The translations under genes were made by a program, and so were the position numbers. 64,000 bases of DNA from Candidatus Uhrbacteria bacterium (GTDB lineage Bacteria > Patescibacteriota > Patescibacteriia > UBA9934): contig CALRHV010000001.1 of assembly GCA_943359525.1 (NCBI GenBank), forward strand, positions 7,181-71,180. Reading direction: 5' to 3'. Under the pieces are notes generated by a model. The model saw nothing but the letters and a program-made list of their open reading frames with translations. It was not told where the DNA came from and did not search any database. Shown here in pieces: positions 1 to 10,036 of this stretch. Within the stretch, counting starts at the first letter, position 1, and each line of letters opens with the position of its first letter.

Positions 1-615
1 TGTTCGTGTTGATGCAAGTTCAACGGACACGCCAACGACGCCTTCAGTATTGGAGAGAAATGCAATTGCGGCGCTGTACGGGACGTCGTCTGCGAGCAGA
101 ACCGTTTGATCAGTTCCTGCGTTTTGATAACGTTTCTCAAAATCGTCGGCGTTTACCATGAGCAATGTAGCGAGTTCTGTGAATCGTCTGGCGCGATCGG
201 CAGCATCGAGGGGAAGATCAGCACGGCTTGCAACGAGGTGAAATGCTGGGGTATTCCACGCAAGCAACACACCGTTGCGATCCGTCATCACACCGCGATT
301 CGGAAGGACGGTTCGTGTTCGTGTACGATTGTTGTCGGCGATCTGCCGGTATTCTTCTCCGTGCATTACTTGCCACGAACCGATGCGAAAGAGAAATGTT
401 CCGAACGTAACAATGAGAACAGCGATTCCAAATCGCTTCACGCGCCGTGCGGCAAAGTTTCCCACAAAGCTTCCGGTTGAAAGTTCCGCGACGGATCGTC
501 CAGACAGTGCGTCGTCGAACGTTGTATCTGCGTCGGAATCAGAAATGCGTCCGATGGCTTCGTCATCGAGTAGGGAAAAAAGTCGTCGGTCGTTGTGCTT
601 CTTTCGGAAGATCAT
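1..615 (-). CDS. mrdA: Penicillin-binding protein 2 (N-terminal part; runs off the window edge)
   Basis: Read manually from ATG 615: MIFRKK..., a single TM, then 'QVMHGEEYRQIADNNRTRTRTVLPNRGVMTDRNGVLLA' (PBP dimerisation-domain motif RG.I.DRNG); lies downstream of mreBCD. Confidence 0.85.
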   Translation of the reverse strand, partial: MIFRKKHNDRRLFSLLDDEAIGRISDSDADTTFDDALSGRSVAELSTGSFVGNFAARRVKRFGIAVLIVTFGTFLFRIGSWQVMHGEEYRQIADNNRTRTRTVLPNRGVMTDRNGVLLAWNTPAFHLVASRADLPLDAADRARRFTELATLLMVNADDFEKRYQNAGTDQTVLLADDVPYSAAIAFLSNTEGVVGVSVELASTRT

Positions 616-1106
616 GGGAGGGATCTGAACGCGAAATGTGTAAATAGACGGCGCTCAATACTTCGAACAAGAATCACACCAACGAAAAGACTCGGAAGAA
701 GCAGCGCGCCTTCTTGCAACGCATGAACTACTGGGTGTTGTGAAAGAATCGTTGTTCCAAGTGCGTAGTCAAAAAGTTCCCCGAGAAGAATAAACATCAC
801 GCTCGCAACGGTGTACGCGACTGCGCCAAAGCCAAGGAGTGCATATATTGAGCGTGTCGTGAAAATCTGAAGAATGAGCATCGGACCAATAGTCGCAAGA
901 AGGAGCGCGATTCCGTCGCCTCGTACCATTGCAACAGCAAGGAACCATGCAACACCTTCTTCAATCCCAATGCGCTGCATGATGATCATTCCCGCGACGA
1001 TCATCACGGGAATGTGTGCAATGCTTCCCGCAAATGCATGAAAGAACGAGATCTCGATTAAGAGAAGGAAGAAAAATGTCAGAGCAAGAAGCCCGCCAGT
1101 TTTCAT
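612..1106 (-). CDS. Multi-TM membrane protein, MreD-like by position
   Basis: Hydrophobic 164-aa C-terminal part of ORF 612..1625 from MKTGGLL; lies between mreC and PBP2 with 4-bp overlaps. Confidence 0.6.
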   Translation of the reverse strand: MKTGGLLALTFFFLLLIEISFFHAFAGSIAHIPVMIVAGMIIMQRIGIEEGVAWFLAVAMVRGDGIALLLATIGPMLILQIFTTRSIYALLGFGAVAYTVASVMFILLGELFDYALGTTILSQHPVVHALQEGALLLPSLFVGVILVRSIERRLFTHFAFRSLP

Positions 1107-1921
1107 AGTATTTCCTCCGGATATGGCAGCACAAATACCGTTGTCCATTCGCGAGGATCGTGAACGGTACTGATGGTTGCAGAAATAAATGGTGCACTTG
1201 GTGTGGCGAGAATGTTCGTCACCGTACCAATCACAATCCCTTGTGTGAGAGAACCGCTGAGTCCGCTTGTAACGACAATATCGTGGAGAGCGAGCAACGT
1301 GTCTTGCGGAATGTACTCCATTGAAAGAAGTGCACCCCCCTGCCCCGTCACGAGTCCGATGGTTTTTTGTTTTCCAAGAATTGCGCCAGGAATGGCACTC
1401 TTCGGATCCTCGGTAAGACGCACGGTTGCTGATGTTGTATTCACCGAATTGACGATGCCAAAGAGTGTGCCGTCGCCAATAACGACTGCGGCGCCAACGC
1501 GAACGCCAGCAACCTCTCCACGGTCGATCGTCACGACAGATTCTTCTGGAGTGTCGCGGGCGATGATTCGTGCAGCGACGCCTTTCACGTTCGTTCGCGC
1601 GACGTATCCCATGAGCGTTCGCCATTCTTGGACCTCGCGTGCATCAGCCTCAGACGACGCTGCGAGAACGGTTGAAGCGGTAAGACGATCGGTGCACACG
1701 TTCAGCTGGGCAGAAAGCGAGTCTTCATTTGCAAACAATCGCGACGTTGCACGGCCAAGGAGCGATCCCGCCTGATATGTACCACCTTCAATGGCATGAA
1801 AGAATGAGGAAAGAATTGGAACGAATGAACTGATCCAGAACGCAAAGATAACAAGGAAAAAAATGCCAATACGTTTAGCTGTTGATCTTGCTCTGTCGGT
1901 GTTATACCAGGCGCGTGGCAT
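1103..1921 (-). CDS. mreC: Rod shape-determining protein MreC
   Basis: N-terminal TM; motifs 'VTIDRG..AGVRVGAAV' and 'IVVTSGLSGSLTQGIVIGTV'; follows mreB. Confidence 0.9.
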   Translation of the reverse strand: MPRAWYNTDRARSTAKRIGIFFLVIFAFWISSFVPILSSFFHAIEGGTYQAGSLLGRATSRLFANEDSLSAQLNVCTDRLTASTVLAASSEADAREVQEWRTLMGYVARTNVKGVAARIIARDTPEESVVTIDRGEVAGVRVGAAVVIGDGTLFGIVNSVNTTSATVRLTEDPKSAIPGAILGKQKTIGLVTGQGGALLSMEYIPQDTLLALHDIVVTSGLSGSLTQGIVIGTVTNILATPSAPFISATISTVHDPREWTTVFVLPYPEEIL

Positions 1922-1932
1922 AGGTCGAAGAA

Positions 1933-2985
1933 TTATCGATGACGATCAATGCCGGTAGTTGGAAGCGCGATGTCGCGAAGCAGGCGTTCGTCGCCAAGTA
2001 ACGCCCCACAACCACGAACCACGGCAGCATCAGGATTTTCGGCAAGGCGAACAGGAATATCGGTTTCTTTTGAAATGGATCGTTCTAAGCCGCGGAGCAT
2101 GCTTCCGGCGCCAACGAGAATAATTCCGCGTTCGTAAATATCTGCAACAAGTTCTGGGGGTGTGAGTTCGATGGTTGCTTTGATATTGTCGATAATCGAT
2201 CGAACGGATTTGTTGAGCGCTTCGCGGATCTGTCCGTCGTTCACTGTCACCTCTTTTGGAAGACCGGTAATGAGGTCGCGACCGCGCATCGTCATTCGCA
2301 ACGCCTCGCCGGTATCCAGACTGCTACCAATATGGCACTTCACGTCTTCCGCAACACGTTCGCCAAGCAGAAGATTAAACACATCGCGAGCATACTGCAG
2401 AATATGCTTCGTCATTTCGTCGCCAGCAACGGTGAGGGATTTCCATGTAACGATTCCGGAAAGTGAAATGACGGCAATTTCCGTGGTTCCTCCGCCAATG
2501 TCCACGATCATGTTGCCGAGGGATTCTTCGATTGGCAGTCCTGCACCAATTGCCGCAGCAATCGGAGCCTCTACAAGAAGTGCCTGACGAGCACCAGCAG
2601 CAAGTGCGGCATCTTCTACGGCTTTGCGCTCAACTTCAGTGATTTCCATCGGAACGGACATGACGATGCGAGGACGTGGAACGAGCGTGAATGCGTCGTC
2701 GTGGATTTTATCAATGAAATATTTCAACATTTTTTCCGTCACTTCAAAGTCGGAAATGACACCCTTCGTGAGTGGTCGAGTAATCTGAATATGCGGCGGG
2801 GTCTTCCCCACCATATCTTTTGCGGTTTTTCCAACGGCGAGAATGTGGTTTGTGCGTGTGTTGATTGCCACAATAGAAGGCTCGTTCATGACGATCCCTT
2901 TCTCCTTCACGAATACGCGAGTATTTGATGTTCCGAGGTCGATGCCGATATCCTCAGAAAATCGACCAAAAAAGCGGTTGAACAT
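1933..2985 (-). CDS. mreB: Rod shape-determining protein MreB
   Basis: 'IGIDLGTSNT', 'EPSIVA', 'MIVDIGGGTTEIAVISL', 'GRDLITGLPK'. Confidence 0.97.
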   Translation of the reverse strand: MFNRFFGRFSEDIGIDLGTSNTRVFVKEKGIVMNEPSIVAINTRTNHILAVGKTAKDMVGKTPPHIQITRPLTKGVISDFEVTEKMLKYFIDKIHDDAFTLVPRPRIVMSVPMEITEVERKAVEDAALAAGARQALLVEAPIAAAIGAGLPIEESLGNMIVDIGGGTTEIAVISLSGIVTWKSLTVAGDEMTKHILQYARDVFNLLLGERVAEDVKCHIGSSLDTGEALRMTMRGRDLITGLPKEVTVNDGQIREALNKSVRSIIDNIKATIELTPPELVADIYERGIILVGAGSMLRGLERSISKETDIPVRLAENPDAAVVRGCGALLGDERLLRDIALPTTGIDRHR

Positions 2986-3086
2986 AGGCAACCTTGATGT
3001 TGCCAGGGATTGGGAATCTTCGGAATGACTCTATCCACACCTGACGCAAACTGGCCCTGTGTTGGCCTTGGATGGATGTGATGGAT

Positions 3087-3362
3087 CTGCGGCTGATTCT
3101 TTGAATGGGTTGTGACGAGGTGACGACGAAATATGCATCATTGGCGATCCTCGAGTTCCGACCGGAGGGACTGATTTTCGATTTCACCGATGTTGTGTCG
3201 ACACGACATTTCATTTGCAAAAACACCAATGATTTTCACAATCAGATGTTGTGTCGACACAACATCCTTGATTTCGCAAAACGCACATACCAGGTCAGCC
3301 GACCACGTCAGTTGTTTGTATTTCCCGTCCATCCCGATCCACCCCTCCAAGAATCAGTTCAG
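3087..3362 (-). repeat. Intergenic TIR/twin-palindrome element, copy E1
   Basis: Imperfect terminal inverted repeats (CTGAACTGATTCTTGG..); 20-bp palindromes at 3190-3209 and 3246-3265; highly similar to 17713-17983. Confidence 0.85.
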
Positions 3363-3368
3363 ACCACT

Positions 3369-3749
3369 TCAAGCCTCCTTCCGTATACTCATCATAAGGA
3401 ATTCGATCAGTCCCACCAAAACCACTAGTAAAATCATGGTTCCGGAGGAGAACAGGTCGCGGGAAAGTAAGTAGAGACAGGCAAGGAAAAGAACAGAAAG
3501 CATCACGCCTTGTCGGAAAGAACGTGCAACGGCAGCATGAATAGCTTCTTCCGCGTATTTCTTTGACCGAATCATGGTTCCACCAATGGTAAAGACGCCG
3601 GCAATTCCCGCACCAAGCGTGAGATAGAAGATGAAAAAGGCTAATGTTCCTGCCGTTGCTGGATCAATTGAAATCATCACAATACACCATGCCGAAATAC
3701 TGATGGCGGTGCCAAGGGCGAGAGCGATGAGGTACTGATGGAGGGACAT
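3369..3749 (-). CDS. Hypothetical membrane protein (about 4 TM)
   Basis: 126-aa hydrophobic ORF, co-directional with neighbours. Confidence 0.75.
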   Translation of the reverse strand: MSLHQYLIALALGTAISISAWCIVMISIDPATAGTLAFFIFYLTLGAGIAGVFTIGGTMIRSKKYAEEAIHAAVARSFRQGVMLSVLFLACLYLLSRDLFSSGTMILLVVLVGLIEFLMMSIRKEA

Positions 3750-3761
3750 GAGAAGAGTATA

Positions 3762-4109
3762 TCAGAAATTTCCCTTCTCTTTCTGCACTCGTGCGATGAT
3801 TTTTGTGATATCTGCTTCTGGAATTTCCGACTGGATCCTCGCAAGGATTGTTGGAATCATCCCGTCGATGTCGAACGTGGCCGGTGCGTTGTCGCAGCCA
3901 AGAATGAGAATACCGGCGGCATAACTCGAGACACGAACGTCGTCTGCAAGCGGAGATCCCTCCAGCATTTCAGCGAGGATTTCTTTTGCGCTGTTGACGA
4001 TGATTGCCGCAGTTACCTGTTTTGTAATGCCATGTCGCATCAACGTGCCTTCGAGCATTTTGCTGATTTGTGTCAGCGAAGTCCGGCGGCGCTTAGGCTG
4101 GTCTTGCAT
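3762..4109 (-). CDS. DciA/DUF721-like protein (tentative)
   Basis: ~115 aa from MQDQPK; size and pattern 'VRVSSYAAGILILGCDNAP' resemble DUF721; start uncertain. Confidence 0.5.
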   Translation of the reverse strand: MQDQPKRRRTSLTQISKMLEGTLMRHGITKQVTAAIIVNSAKEILAEMLEGSPLADDVRVSSYAAGILILGCDNAPATFDIDGMIPTILARIQSEIPEADITKIIARVQKEKGNF

Positions 4110-7029
4110 ACGGGCAAATATCTTTAAAATCGCAGTACTGACAATGCGGGCCCGGGGTTGCCTGGAATGTGCTCGTGCGAATCTTTTCCATGCTGTCGCG
4201 AATCTGGAGCTTGAGCTTTTCCTTGTCCTTATCCGTTGGCTCAAAACTTACCGCCGTGTTCGATTCTAGGTAATAGTACGTCATCTTCTTCACGACGAGT
4301 GGCGGCACAAAACTTTCTTCTGCGGCAATAGCGTACAGCACCAACTGACGGCGGTCGTCCCAATCGAGTTTGGTTTTCGGCTGACCGGTTTTGTAGTCGA
4401 TAATCTCGATCCCACCATCGATGTCATCAATCCGGTCGATTCTACCTTTGACGAGAATTCCGTCGATCTTGAGCGTGAATCCTTTTTCGATGAATGTTGG
4501 CGACGGTGGATTTTCGGTGACCACGCGATAGTATTCCTTCATGATCTCGCCGCCGCGAGCCTGATACTCATCGCGAGTTTTGTCGTCTGGGTACCATTCA
4601 TCGATCCATGCCCGATCGTACATATCGAGCAAATCTTTCATTGTTGGCAGCGCGACGGCATCGTTTGAACCGTTGAATAGACTTGCTTGATGCGCAGCCT
4701 TCGACGCAATAATGCGTTCCATGAATGCCTGAAGTGCGTTGTGCATGGACTTTCCAAAGCTCATCTGGTGCTTGCCATACGACGGTACGCCAATAATGTG
4801 CGCGTATTTGTACTGCAACGGACACGTACTGAATGCAGCGATCTGCGAGAAACTGATCTTGTCCGGAATGTGAATGTTCGCGTCGCCCGTTGGTTTCTTG
4901 CCGACTTCGAGTGCGAGGCTGTCGGCGATATTCTCCGGTCGAGCAACAGTGATCGCGTTTGTGAATCCGAGTTCATCAAGAAACCGTGAGACTTTTCTCT
5001 TCCGAGCTCCTCCGTAATCCTCCGCACTCATCAGATACAATCCTTCCTTTGCGCGAGTCATCGCCACGTAAAACAGCCGACGCTCTTCTGCGACGTGATC
5101 ATTCCCCTCAACTTCATCCTTCATCAAACCCGCCGGAAAATCGATCGCCTGTGATCTGCTCACCGACGGGAAGCGTTGCTCGACCAAGTTGATCACGAAA
5201 ACGTATCGGAACTCGAGACCCTTCGATCCGTGCACGGTCATCACCGATACCACGTCTGGTCCTTCCTCAGGATCTTGAGCAACCGCGCCGTCTTCCCCCG
5301 CTGCACGCTCGGCATCGAACTCCTCAATGAATCTTGGGAGCGTCGCGTCGTCATTCATCGCAACAAAGCGCTTCAGGCGATTGAAAAAGCGTTCAAGAAA
5401 TCTATAGAGCTCTTGCTGCTCCATCTCGGAAGCGTGCTGACAGTCGCCGAGCAATCCTGTTTTCTTCATCATCGTCACGAACAATTCCGTGATCGGCAGT
5501 CGTTTTGCTGTATTTCGAAGTTCAGCAAGTTTCTGTTGGAGGTCGATAATCGTGTTTCGGCCGTGCATTGAAATGCGTGCCGCATCGGCGTACGTGAGCA
5601 AATCGAAGAGAGACATTCCCTTTCGTCGAGCATAGAACATCAGTGCCGTCAGATCTTCCTGCGATAACCCTAGTCGAGGATGCGAGAGGATCCGATATAA
5701 CGATGGTGAATCGTGCGGCGCGTTGATGACACGAAGGTAGCTGACTGCATCAAGAATAATCGGCATGGTGTACAGACCGGAGAGCGCCATGAATCGGTAC
5801 GGAATACCGGCACGTTCAAGGGCCTCGAGGAATGGATCAACGTGGTCGTTTCCACGCGCAAGCAGCGCGAAATCCTTCCAGCTTGCGCCAGACTCGTCGT
5901 GTAATTTCGTGATCGTCTCAACAACGGTAGCAACCTCGTCTTCGAGCGTTGCGGCATGAATGTGATGAACATTTCCCGCGTGTTCGATGTTCGAGATCAG
6001 TTGTTTCGATAAACCCTCGGAGACCTCGAGCCGATGGGGATTGTTCTTGGTGATCGATGAATATGCAATATCGAGAATCCCCCTGCCGCTGCGATAGTTG
6101 TGCACGAGCACGATCTTCTTTGTATCTGGAAAATCCGATCGGAACGTGAGAATATTCGCAAGCGCCGCACCGCGAAACTTATAGATCGCCTGATCATCGT
6201 CGCCAACGATTGTAAGGTTATTCCTCGGCGCCGCCAAAAGTTTGACGAGCTCGTACTGCACGCTGTTCGTGTCCTGAAACTCGTCCACCACGATGTATGT
6301 GAACCGTTTTTGATACTCGGCAAGAATGTTCGGACGAGTCTTGAAGAGTTCTACGGTGTACGCGAGTAAGTCGCCGAAATCGAGCGCGTCTTCGTTGATG
6401 AGAATGTCTTGATATGTTTTGTACGCACGAGCAACTTCACGGTGTTTTCTCCATTCAAGTCGTTCCTCTTCCGGCAACGCATCGAACGCTTCTTCCGATC
6501 CCGAAGTGATCGATGCGATCTGTGATTCGACTTGATCGATGTACTGATCTGGCGTTATTCCCTCGTCCTTCGCTCGCGAAAAGTGTGAAAGCAAAAGTTT
6601 GAAAAACTTCGTCGGCGTCCCCCGTGGCTTGTAGTAGTCGAGCGTGAAATCGGCAAGATGACGTCGCATGAACAGCCAGCCGTCCACTTCGGACGCGACC
6701 GTGAAATCTTGCGGGATGCCGATATCAACTCCGTGTTCGCGCAGCACTTTTTCGCAAAATGCGTGAAAGGTTGAGATGGAAAGATCGACGTATCCCATTG
6801 GCAGCAGCACGTCTACGCGTTCCTCCATTTCATTCGCGGCCTTGTCCGTAAACGTGAGTGCAAGAATATTTTCCGGCATCGCCTTACCTTGCTCAATAAG
6901 CCACGCAATGCGCTTGGTGATTACCGTCGTCTTCCCCGTCCCAGCCCCAGCAATAATCATGAGCGGCCCATCGCCATGGGTAACCGCTTGCTGTTGCTCA
7001 GCATTGAGATTATCGAGAAGCGAAGTCAT
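4093..7029 (-). CDS. UvrD/PcrA-family SF1 helicase fused to a C-terminal PD-(D/E)XK (RecB/Cas4-like) nuclease
   Basis: 'AGAGTGKT', 'VDEFQDTN', 'VGDDDQAIYKFRGA', 'MTVHGSKGLEF', 'EERRLFYVAMTRAK'; C-terminal 'GRIDRID..IIDYKTG' plus Cys..CxxCxxxxxC Fe-S motif. Confidence 0.92.
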   Translation of the reverse strand: MTSLLDNLNAEQQQAVTHGDGPLMIIAGAGTGKTTVITKRIAWLIEQGKAMPENILALTFTDKAANEMEERVDVLLPMGYVDLSISTFHAFCEKVLREHGVDIGIPQDFTVASEVDGWLFMRRHLADFTLDYYKPRGTPTKFFKLLLSHFSRAKDEGITPDQYIDQVESQIASITSGSEEAFDALPEEERLEWRKHREVARAYKTYQDILINEDALDFGDLLAYTVELFKTRPNILAEYQKRFTYIVVDEFQDTNSVQYELVKLLAAPRNNLTIVGDDDQAIYKFRGAALANILTFRSDFPDTKKIVLVHNYRSGRGILDIAYSSITKNNPHRLEVSEGLSKQLISNIEHAGNVHHIHAATLEDEVATVVETITKLHDESGASWKDFALLARGNDHVDPFLEALERAGIPYRFMALSGLYTMPIILDAVSYLRVINAPHDSPSLYRILSHPRLGLSQEDLTALMFYARRKGMSLFDLLTYADAARISMHGRNTIIDLQQKLAELRNTAKRLPITELFVTMMKKTGLLGDCQHASEMEQQELYRFLERFFNRLKRFVAMNDDATLPRFIEEFDAERAAGEDGAVAQDPEEGPDVVSVMTVHGSKGLEFRYVFVINLVEQRFPSVSRSQAIDFPAGLMKDEVEGNDHVAEERRLFYVAMTRAKEGLYLMSAEDYGGARKRKVSRFLDELGFTNAITVARPENIADSLALEVGKKPTGDANIHIPDKISFSQIAAFSTCPLQYKYAHIIGVPSYGKHQMSFGKSMHNALQAFMERIIASKAAHQASLFNGSNDAVALPTMKDLLDMYDRAWIDEWYPDDKTRDEYQARGGEIMKEYYRVVTENPPSPTFIEKGFTLKIDGILVKGRIDRIDDIDGGIEIIDYKTGQPKTKLDWDDRRQLVLYAIAAEESFVPPLVVKKMTYYYLESNTAVSFEPTDKDKEKLKLQIRDSMEKIRTSTFQATPGPHCQYCDFKDICPYARPA

Positions 7030-7032
7030 GGC

Positions 7033-8163
7033 TTAAAGCGATGCGATATTTTCTGCGGCGGTAACAGCGAACTGAATTCCTTGTTGAGTGAGAAGATATG
7101 TTCCGGCGCCAAACATGATTGCAACGTGAACAGCGAGAACACCTGCGAGAATTTTCTGGTGCCTCGTCATTGGTGTTGATTCCGATGGTTCTGATCCCGC
7201 GGTGAGCGTTATAACGCCGCGAATCAAATACACGTTAATGATCGCGAGTGCAAAGAAGACAAGAAGTGCAAGGATAAGGTGTGCTTGAAGTGCATAACCA
7301 ACGCCAATAAGTTCGCTTACAAAAAGCACAGAAAATGGAGCGCCAAGAAGTGACGCGAAGAGCGCGCCAGAAAGATATTTCAGTGTGGTGTTTGATTGAA
7401 CCACTGCAGAGCTTTGTGTGGAGTACCACAGCCCAGAATGCGCAACGGCCTGACCAACAAGATGAATAATTGCAGGGATGGTCCCTGCTGGACCAGCGCC
7501 GATCATGAACGCAACAAGGCCAATGTGCTGAACGCTGGAAATTGATAGAAGCTGTCGTTTCTTTTTAAACACCAATTTCACCACCGCCATCAGTATAATG
7601 AGCGCACCAAAGCCAAGAAAAAAATTGTTCGTCCATACTCCGTCGTCTGCCATCGCTCCGTCGGTAATCTGTTTTACGCGGAGAAGCGCAATGAAGAACA
7701 CCACTGGCGCTGCGCCGCCAACAAAGCTTGTGAAACGCGTTTTCATGAAAAAGATCCCGAATGACGAGAGCGTTGCGACCGCCACCACAATAAATGCCCA
7801 TTGGATATATTGTGACGTGAAGAGCAATGCAGCTCCAATAGTGAAGAGACCAACCGAACCAATGCACAACGCGAGAATTGCCTTCCGTGCTTTTTCGTCT
7901 GCCGCACGCTGGGCGTGAAGCGCGAGGCACGTTGCCGCAAGAACGGCTAGCGCAAATGTCAGTGCAAGAACAGCGATGTTATTAGTGAACGCGGCCGCGA
8001 CAACCGCGACAAGTCCGGCGAAGGTGACGGAAAGTTCAGAACGATGTGCTCGTGCTCCATTGATGGTGAGCGCAAGCGTCCCAACCGCGAGTATTCCAAT
8101 CAACACCAACTGGCACCACACAAGGATGTCAACGTGCCACACAGAAAGGAATGCGTTCAACAT
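7033..8163 (-). CDS. HyfF-like proton-antiporter-family membrane subunit (degenerate/shortened)
   Basis: 'KKRQLLSISSVQHIGL' and 'GAPFSVLFVSELIG' resemble HyfF/NuoN motifs. Confidence 0.65.
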   Translation of the reverse strand: MLNAFLSVWHVDILVWCQLVLIGILAVGTLALTINGARAHRSELSVTFAGLVAVVAAAFTNNIAVLALTFALAVLAATCLALHAQRAADEKARKAILALCIGSVGLFTIGAALLFTSQYIQWAFIVVAVATLSSFGIFFMKTRFTSFVGGAAPVVFFIALLRVKQITDGAMADDGVWTNNFFLGFGALIILMAVVKLVFKKKRQLLSISSVQHIGLVAFMIGAGPAGTIPAIIHLVGQAVAHSGLWYSTQSSAVVQSNTTLKYLSGALFASLLGAPFSVLFVSELIGVGYALQAHLILALLVFFALAIINVYLIRGVITLTAGSEPSESTPMTRHQKILAGVLAVHVAIMFGAGTYLLTQQGIQFAVTAAENIASL

Positions 8164-8172
8164 ATGAGGCGA

Positions 8173-9900
8173 TTAGCGACGAAGTTTTTCAAGCGCACAG
8201 TTCCACAGCGTTTTGCATCGATTCCCCACCGTCAGTCGTGCGACGATTTTTTCGCGACATGCTTCGATTGCTTCAAATGTGGGGACGCGATCCAGCCACG
8301 ATGCACGGAAATACCATGCGATGAGTGCAATTGCGCCAGTAAGGATACCGATGATTCCCATGCGCAACGTCCCCATTGCAGTGACGATGCCTCCGTTAAA
8401 CGTTCCCGCAGCGCTGGTAAGTGGATCAGCACCGATAGCAGCGAAAAGTTGCGGCAGCGCGAATCCGCTCACGAGTGCGAGGAATGCGAGCAGCACAATG
8501 GGAGTGAGTTGCGAATCGGTTGCCTCGGTGATGACCTTCTCCGATTCTGCTCGCGATGAACCAAGGAATACGCCGATGATCACGCGACCAACACTCACAA
8601 TCGACAACAGCACACAAAGATCAAAGATAACGAGGATAGCACCAGAGATAATTGCCAGCGGAAGCGCTATGTCGGGAAAAGCCCCCCAAAGTGTTGTGGC
8701 AAACATCCAGGCGCTCGTGAACGTTGCAAACGGCGGAAAGCCAATGGCACAGAGGAGAAGAATGAACGCAGCAATCGTTAGCTTGGGCATTTTTTCTGCA
8801 AGGCCTCCGGTATGGTTGATGTTCGATCCCACAATATCGCCGACGAGGAAGAGGCCCGATCCTGCGATAGCACTAACCGTAATCTGTACGAATGCCGCAA
8901 ACAGCATCACATTCATTGCCTCATAGATTGCGACAGCTTGGAACGCCATTGCACCGGCAACCATCGTTATTGCAACACCCATGCTCTGTAAACTGATATT
9001 ACTGAAGATGCGTTGAATGTTCTTTTCATTCAGCGCACAAATTGCGCCGCACACAATCGTCAATACACCAAGCAAAGCCACAGGAAGAGCGAACCAGATG
9101 GACAACGGCGGAAGAATGAACAGAATACACCTTACGAATCCGTAAAAGGCCACGCCAGAAAGCACTCCTCGGAATAACGCGCTGATATGTGCAGGAACGG
9201 TTGCGTGGACGTTGCGGAGCCAGCGATGCATCGGGAACAGGCCAATGGTGCTCGCGAAGCCAAAGAGCAACAGACCGTAGCCAACAGTGAGCTGAATTGG
9301 ATCGATTTGGCCAGCGAGATATGCGAGCGTGCCGAAGTCGCTAAACAACGCGCCGGAAGAAAGAATAAAGAAACCAGCAGTGAGTGCCGCGATACCGAGT
9401 TGCGAGATGGTCAGAAATTGCAGCGCGACCGACTTTTCCGATCGCGAAAAAACGAGAAAGAACACGGAGAACATCATTACGGCCCAGGAGGCAATGAAAC
9501 CGATAATGTTTCCGGAGATGAACACCCACTGTGCACCAATGACGAAAAGCGCGCTGAGGATTCCGACGTGACGAAGATGCGCGAGATTGTTTTGGTGCTT
9601 TGCTCCATACACCAACGCGTAGAGACCAGCCGCTGCGATCACAATCGATATCCCAACAAAAAAGATCGCACTGAAGCGATCCAACGCGATCGTCATCCCA
9701 TAGAACATCGGAACGGACATAGTGAACGGTGCTTCGGCGACGGCGCCGTATGCACCAGCGATTGCTCCTCCAATTCCTGAAAGGGCAAGGAGAAGCGAGT
9801 TCCATTTGAACGACATCGCCGGCTTAAGGAACGCCGACACCACAAGGGCAAGCACCGGAGCAACCATGGCAATATAGAGTGTATTCTCAAAAGGTGTCAT
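8173..9900 (-). CDS. HyfB/NuoL-M-like proton-antiporter-family membrane subunit (degenerate)
   Basis: 'LDRFSAIF', 'GLFPMHRWL..H..VPAHISAL', 'GGLAEKMP', 'GFPPFATFTS'. Confidence 0.75.
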   Translation of the reverse strand: MTPFENTLYIAMVAPVLALVVSAFLKPAMSFKWNSLLLALSGIGGAIAGAYGAVAEAPFTMSVPMFYGMTIALDRFSAIFFVGISIVIAAAGLYALVYGAKHQNNLAHLRHVGILSALFVIGAQWVFISGNIIGFIASWAVMMFSVFFLVFSRSEKSVALQFLTISQLGIAALTAGFFILSSGALFSDFGTLAYLAGQIDPIQLTVGYGLLLFGFASTIGLFPMHRWLRNVHATVPAHISALFRGVLSGVAFYGFVRCILFILPPLSIWFALPVALLGVLTIVCGAICALNEKNIQRIFSNISLQSMGVAITMVAGAMAFQAVAIYEAMNVMLFAAFVQITVSAIAGSGLFLVGDIVGSNINHTGGLAEKMPKLTIAAFILLLCAIGFPPFATFTSAWMFATTLWGAFPDIALPLAIISGAILVIFDLCVLLSIVSVGRVIIGVFLGSSRAESEKVITEATDSQLTPIVLLAFLALVSGFALPQLFAAIGADPLTSAAGTFNGGIVTAMGTLRMGIIGILTGAIALIAWYFRASWLDRVPTFEAIEACREKIVARLTVGNRCKTLWNCALEKLRR

Positions 9901-9987
9901 AGCCTGGAAATATTACGGAATAAGTCCCTGTATATCAGCCGAAGTGTATGGTTTATAGGGTTCCCGATCAAGCAGGTTGTCCACTGC

Positions 9988-10028
9988 AAAAATGACCCTT
10001 CCCGGCCTTATGGCTGGGGAGGGTCATT
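9988..10028 (-). terminator. Intrinsic terminator after atpC
   Basis: Stem AATGACCC(T)TCCC(G)GCC / GGCTGGGGAGGGTCATT with a U-tract on the minus strand. Confidence 0.8.
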
Positions 10029-10036
10029 GATCGCGT

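Noticed and set aside
3031-3039. DnaA box / replication origin near mreB
   Set aside because: A single one-mismatch box, with no cluster or AT-rich unwinding element
3190-3265. Twin palindromes with a 36-bp spacer as a mini-CRISPR array
   Set aside because: Only two 20-bp units per locus, the spacer is conserved between loci rather than unique, and no cas genes are in the window
3138-3350. 70-aa ORF inside element E1 as a real gene
   Set aside because: The reading frame is not preserved in the highly similar copy E2
4093-4870. Cas4-like nuclease domain as evidence of a CRISPR or defence system
   Set aside because: It is the C-terminal domain of a UvrD/AddA-like repair helicase, a known fusion, in a housekeeping context
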